64,000 nucleotides of DNA from Macrostomum lignano (taxonomy: Eukaryota). The stretch spans positions 744,001-808,000 of the forward strand of contig NIVC01000073.1 in assembly GCA_002269645.1 (NCBI GenBank). The letters run 5' to 3'. Under the pieces are notes generated by a model that saw only the letters and a program-made list of their open reading frames with translations, made no database searches and was not told the DNA's origin. A program made the translations under genes and the position numbers. Within the stretch, counting starts at the first letter, position 1. Each line of letters starts with the position of its first letter. Shown in pieces: positions 59,543 to 64,000 of this stretch.

Positions 59543-59802
59543 TTACTTACAATCTTGACATATTATGCTTACCATGCTTCACCCGCATCTCCTGTGTCAC
59601 CTCCACTGAAACATAGGTCGCACGGTTCGTTCAGTTGTCGACAAGAAGATTTTTCCAATTAATAAGCGGGGCTGTTTGACGAGATGCACCAGCCATAGTT
59701 GTTGTTTGACAAGACAAATTGCTTTTACTCGTACTACCCGCTTTCCCGATTTCTTGCAAGACGCAAACAAAATCAGCACTCATCACGTGTTGTCTATAGT
59801 CA

Positions 59803-59872
59803 AACTAAGACACTAAGTCACTAAGTCACTAAGACACTAAGACACTAAGACACTAAGTCACTAAGACACTAA
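59803..59872. repeat. 8-bp microsatellite (ACTAAG(A/T)C)n
   Basis: About 9 units. Confidence 0.85.
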
Positions 59873-60460
59873 GTCGTCTATGGCCTGGGTAAAAAAACGC
59901 TCAAAACAGCCAATTAAAGCGTGATAAAAAAGTGTGGAATAATGACCGCTTCCGGTATGCTGAAATAATGGCCGCCAGACTACGCTATGCTGAAATAATG
60001 GCCTCTATGTGTCTTATAGACAATGACGTTGCGTAGTAGGTAAGGGACTGAAATAATGGCCAAACACGAGTGTGCGTAGCGAAACATACGATACTACAAA
60101 CAATGCATTGTTTTTAATCGTCAAACAGAAAAACAATGCAAAGAATCAGCGGTCGAAGAACGTGACAACGATTTGTCTATGGCTCGCGCCAGACAATCGT
60201 TGTCACGCACTGGGACCGCTGTTTTTTTTATTGTCAAAAACCAGCCTTTAGGATAATGCAATCGTCTATGGTTAAACCATGAGCACATTCCATTTATTTA
60301 ATATTTTTTCACTTAAACTTCAGGATAATGATTTCTAACTCGGGATAATGGACGCCTATTTTTAAAACAAAACAGCAAACACCAACAACAAAAGATTAGC
60401 GCTATGGAAAGTTAATAGTGCAGTATCAATATGGCGCAATTGTCATTGTGCCGAAGACGA

Positions 60461-60899
60461 TTACAGATTGCAATTGTTGAAAGTGCAGTTGTTCATAATA
60501 AAGATATTCCAACCGTTCATCTGACGACCATCAGACACGCTCACTGCTTCTTGCACGATGGAACTTTGGATGCTGATGTCAGCAGCCTGATGTCACTATT
60601 TCATCTTTCGTCATTGCCTCTTGCATATCCATAGGAACTCGTTTCGGCTCAGTTTCATTCTCTCCATCCTCTTCAGCTGGAGCATCATCCTCGGCCGGTA
60701 GCAGAGGCAAATCATCGGCAGTATCACCGCTCTCAAGAAAGTGCAAGAAGTTCAAAAAATCTTCGTTATCCTTCATGTCCTTCTGAGATGTGGAAAGTCT
60801 TGAGATCCAATTGAGTTCGCTGCTAGATACGTTGGCTAAACTTTCGACAGGCAGATTGCCCCAGTTGATCGGATATGACGTCTGTTTCTCCATGGCCAA
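60461..60899 (-). pseudogene. Acidic ORF remnant ending in NNCTFNNCNL*, possibly Crypton-associated
   Basis: ORF 60899-60579 continues after a frameshift or small intron into DISIQSSIVQE...FIMNNCTFNNCNL*. GTCTATGG motifs lie on both sides. Confidence 0.3.
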
Positions 60900-61560
60900 G
60901 CGAATGTAGCTATTTATGTTTTATTCTCTCTTTCTCTCCACATCTCCTTCCTTTCCACCCTCTTTACCCCCGGCCTGTTTGCAACTTCGTTGTCTATGGC
61001 CCAAACTCCCGTAAACCACCTCAGTCTTTATGTCTCTCTCTCCTCGGTAACCCCTCTCTCCTTTCGATGCCCTTTTTGTCTATGGCCCCACTGAAATTCG
61101 ACAATGCGGTTATTCGTAAGTGAGACTTTAGGAATAACCAACCATTGTCTATGAGAAAACCATGAAAATAATATGTTTAGCGTGGGACAATGGTAAGATT
61201 ATGTCTATTGTTTTCTAGGGGTAGACAATCTAGAAAATTGGCGAAGCACATCTCATTCAAAGTACATTAGCTGTAGCTTTTGACAGCCTAACTGAGAATA
61301 AAGCCATCCAAATTGAGAACCCTCTATACGCTGCCTGTGAGAGGCCTTGATCTTTCCTTATTCTATGGGCCATAGACTGCAAAAGCCAAGCAAAGTGATA
61401 AAAAAGACGCCCAAACTGAGAATCGATCGGTTGATACGTCGTGTGCTTTATTTACAATATTCACAACTTGGACTCAGGCCCATAGACTAAGGTTACACAG
61501 ATACAGCATGCATTTGAGGCATGCTCGCTCGCACATGTGAAACGGCACCAAAATACTCAC

Positions 61561-63013
61561 AGAACGGCCGGCACTTGCTCTCCCAGTTGACCAGCGAGGT
61601 GTCCATCAGTGGCGAGACCAGCCGCGCAGGGTACAGCAGCACGGGCTCCTTGGCCTGGCAGGAGGCGGGGCCCGCAGAGCAGTTCAGCCACATCCGGTAC
61701 AGTCCGGTCAGGAAGTCCGGCCCGGTCGTCAGGCGGGCGTGCGCCAGCATCGGCATGCCGAGCATCCGGTCGATGGCCAGCTGAAAGAACGGATGGCTGG
61801 GCCTTGAGCCCATCATCGAGTTCATGGCGCAGTAGGAGTAGCCGTACAGAATGCGCGTCTGCTCGCGTCGCTCCTCGCCCAGGAAGGCCGAGGGCGCCGC
61901 AGTGGCCGAGGCGACCGCGAGGCTCTCCTGGACTGGAGGCTGCGTGAACAATCGACTGAACGGCTTGCGGCATTCGACGTCCATGTCCAGGTAGACGCCT
62001 GGAGCATTTGAGCCACAATGTGCAGGTAGCGTGAGCTGATCTTTCCGACGCTTTTTAGCCTTACAGAATTATCCAGACTCAAAGAAGTTTCGCTAATTAC
62101 TTATTCCTAATAATTATAAACACATAGAAGTGTGGGAACCCTGGTGCAACGCGTCCTACAACCTACGACCAGCTGGCTGGAGGCAATTCTGTCCATTCCG
62201 CAGACTCCTGAGCACAGGCAAGCGCGCCAGTACTGTACACAGGCGCGCACTCACACATTCGCTCACACATGGTGTGACTTTTTCATCTGTCAGGCATGCA
62301 CACTCCGTCGGCTAATTTTCGAGCACGCAAGCCCCAAGTGAATGTTGGCTTGCGCACGGAATCGAACCAACTGGGTTGTAACGCGATGGTCAGACGTGTT
62401 TACGTTTGAGCTGCTCTGCCCCACAACGCATCCCTAATTGAATTCTCACCGCCGAACTTGTGCAGAATCATGTACCGAACAGAGTCGGACTTCTCCAGCC
62501 TGTCTCGGTAGCTGCGGTACTTGTGAATGAATCGGGCATAGTGATCGGCGATCAGCTTCTCGCTGTGCGAGTCGCTCCAAAACAGCACCTGCCAGTCTGG
62601 GTTCTGGTCAAGGCAGCTCTTGATGAACGGCTTGTAGGTGTCAAACACCTGTTCGCTCTTGAACACGTAGTGAAGTATCTTCGGGATGCCAGAAATTCCT
62701 GTGTAGTTGCTGAATGAACTGACCGGCGTGACTGGATTAGTAGTCACTGGATCAGCTTGATGCCCGGTGCTCTGATGTTGCTGATGATGCTCAGTAACGC
62801 ACTCATTATTGTGTTTCAATAATTTTGGACCAGTTATAAGCAGCACTAGATTCTGCAATATATCAGCACAAAGGTAGAAAGTATCTATACAAGGTGCGAA
62901 GGAATTTGATACGAATAATTTGTTCTCAGCGTCAATTGTATCCTTACCAAGCTGAGTAGGACCAATGCTGCCACTCGGAACATTTTAGGCCAAGCTCTCA
63001 GGTCTGTTAGCAT
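61561..63013 (-). CDS. GT32 / DXD-motif glycosyltransferase, paralogue 2; C-terminal end unresolved
   Basis: Exons 63013-62948, 62852-62450 and 61998-61561, with the same intron positions and phases as paralogue 1. TM VAALVLLSL|NLVLLITG; catalytic region near-identical to paralogue 1. Confidence 0.85.
62110..62422 (-). mobile_element. tRNA-derived SINE (family A), degenerate, in intron 2 of GT paralogue 2
   Basis: B box GGTTCGATTCC (62358-62368); body homologous to 18430-18758. Confidence 0.7.
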
Positions 63014-64000
63014 GTTGTTCTCTGAAACATACGAACTTCGCAGCTGCAACTGATGCCAAAATCTGCGCATTCACTTTTTAACCATAGACAGCTGTCTGCT
63101 TGCTGACCTACGGCAAAAATTCAATGCAAGAAGCAGAATTTCAGCTTCACTGTTTTGCTTTAAACCAGGGGTCGACCAACTCTGGCCTGTGCATGGGCCA
63201 CATGCGACCTGCATCATGCCAAGCCTCTCTATCTAAGCCCTCGGGTCCTTTGAAACTTCACAATAGCAATCCGGCCCGCTCAAGCTTGCATGGTGTCTTC
63301 TCAGCTTTCTTGTCTAAAATCTCCTCTCTCCTCTCTAGCCTCCTATTCTCTCTCCTCTTCTGTCCTCTCTATTTTCTATTCCATCTCCTCTCCCCACCTG
63401 CGCTAGATTCTCCATATGGCGCTGGATATAAAGAGTTCGCCAATCCCTGCTCCGCTACCGTATAGATAACGGAATTCCTTATTTGGTATCAGTGCATTAT
63501 AACATCTATATTTAGCTCGAGTTAATCTTTGGTGGAGAATTTATCTCTGCTCATGTCAGAAAAAAAGCTCGTACACTTAAACTCTGAGATACTCTATGGC
63601 ACAAACTCCTTGGCTTCGCTTATTATAGGATTTTTCGTTTGATTTTATAAAATTGTCATTTGATTTCGTCCATACTTTCCAAATCGTTACAGATTGGCGC
63701 AGGGTTACAGGAGTTTAGCATAAAATTACAGGTGCACATTAGATCACAGAAAGGCTTCAAATTACAGATTTTTGAAAACCCCTTTGATCGTGCCTACTGC
63801 TATAGATCTATCACCTACTGTAATTTAAGATCATAGTTGCATTTTATTCAAAAGATATAGGAATTTTTAGCTTCTGTCTTCAAATTAAAGATGAGCACCA
63901 GATTACAGGCATCAAAGTACAGAAAGGCATTAATTTACCGGAATTGGGTAAATTCCGGTAACTGAAACTTGTACTTGATTTTATATCAGTTTAATTTACA

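Overview
Eukaryotic (metazoan) genomic DNA with AT-rich introns, GC-rich exons and a very high load of minisatellites and transposons. The style is reminiscent of a free-living flatworm such as Macrostomum (inference only). Left end (1-7096): the right part of a CMC/EnSpm (CACTA-like) DNA transposon with three same-strand genes. These are a DDE transposase, an intronless ORF whose C-terminus aligns without gaps to the CtIP/Sae2 C-terminal domain (the most striking observation), and a spliced BEN-domain gene, followed by CCGG-rich subterminal repeats. About 7.6-16.5 kb: nested MITEs and minisatellites, with a clear CpG-decay domain from about 10.4 kb. 18.8-19.4 kb: an orphan minus-strand terminal exon. 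25.5-30.9 kb: a complete 7-exon HAT1 gene (432 aa) in which every intron over 100 nt holds a different minisatellite. 31-39 kb: a CORE-SINE, a LINE RNase H remnant and satellite-bearing elements. 40-43 kb and 61.5-63 kb: two GT32/DXD glycosyltransferase paralogues plus an inverted orphan exon copy. 44.6-57.2 kb: a head-to-tail array of heterogeneous minus-strand Helitrons joined mostly at CTAG|TC junctions, including a 103-bp mini-element, an STPR-repeat fragment and a RepHel fragment. A CCATAGAC/GTCTATGG terminal motif is strongly enriched across 32-63 kb. All homology calls come from recalled motifs and manual alignment; no database searches were run.
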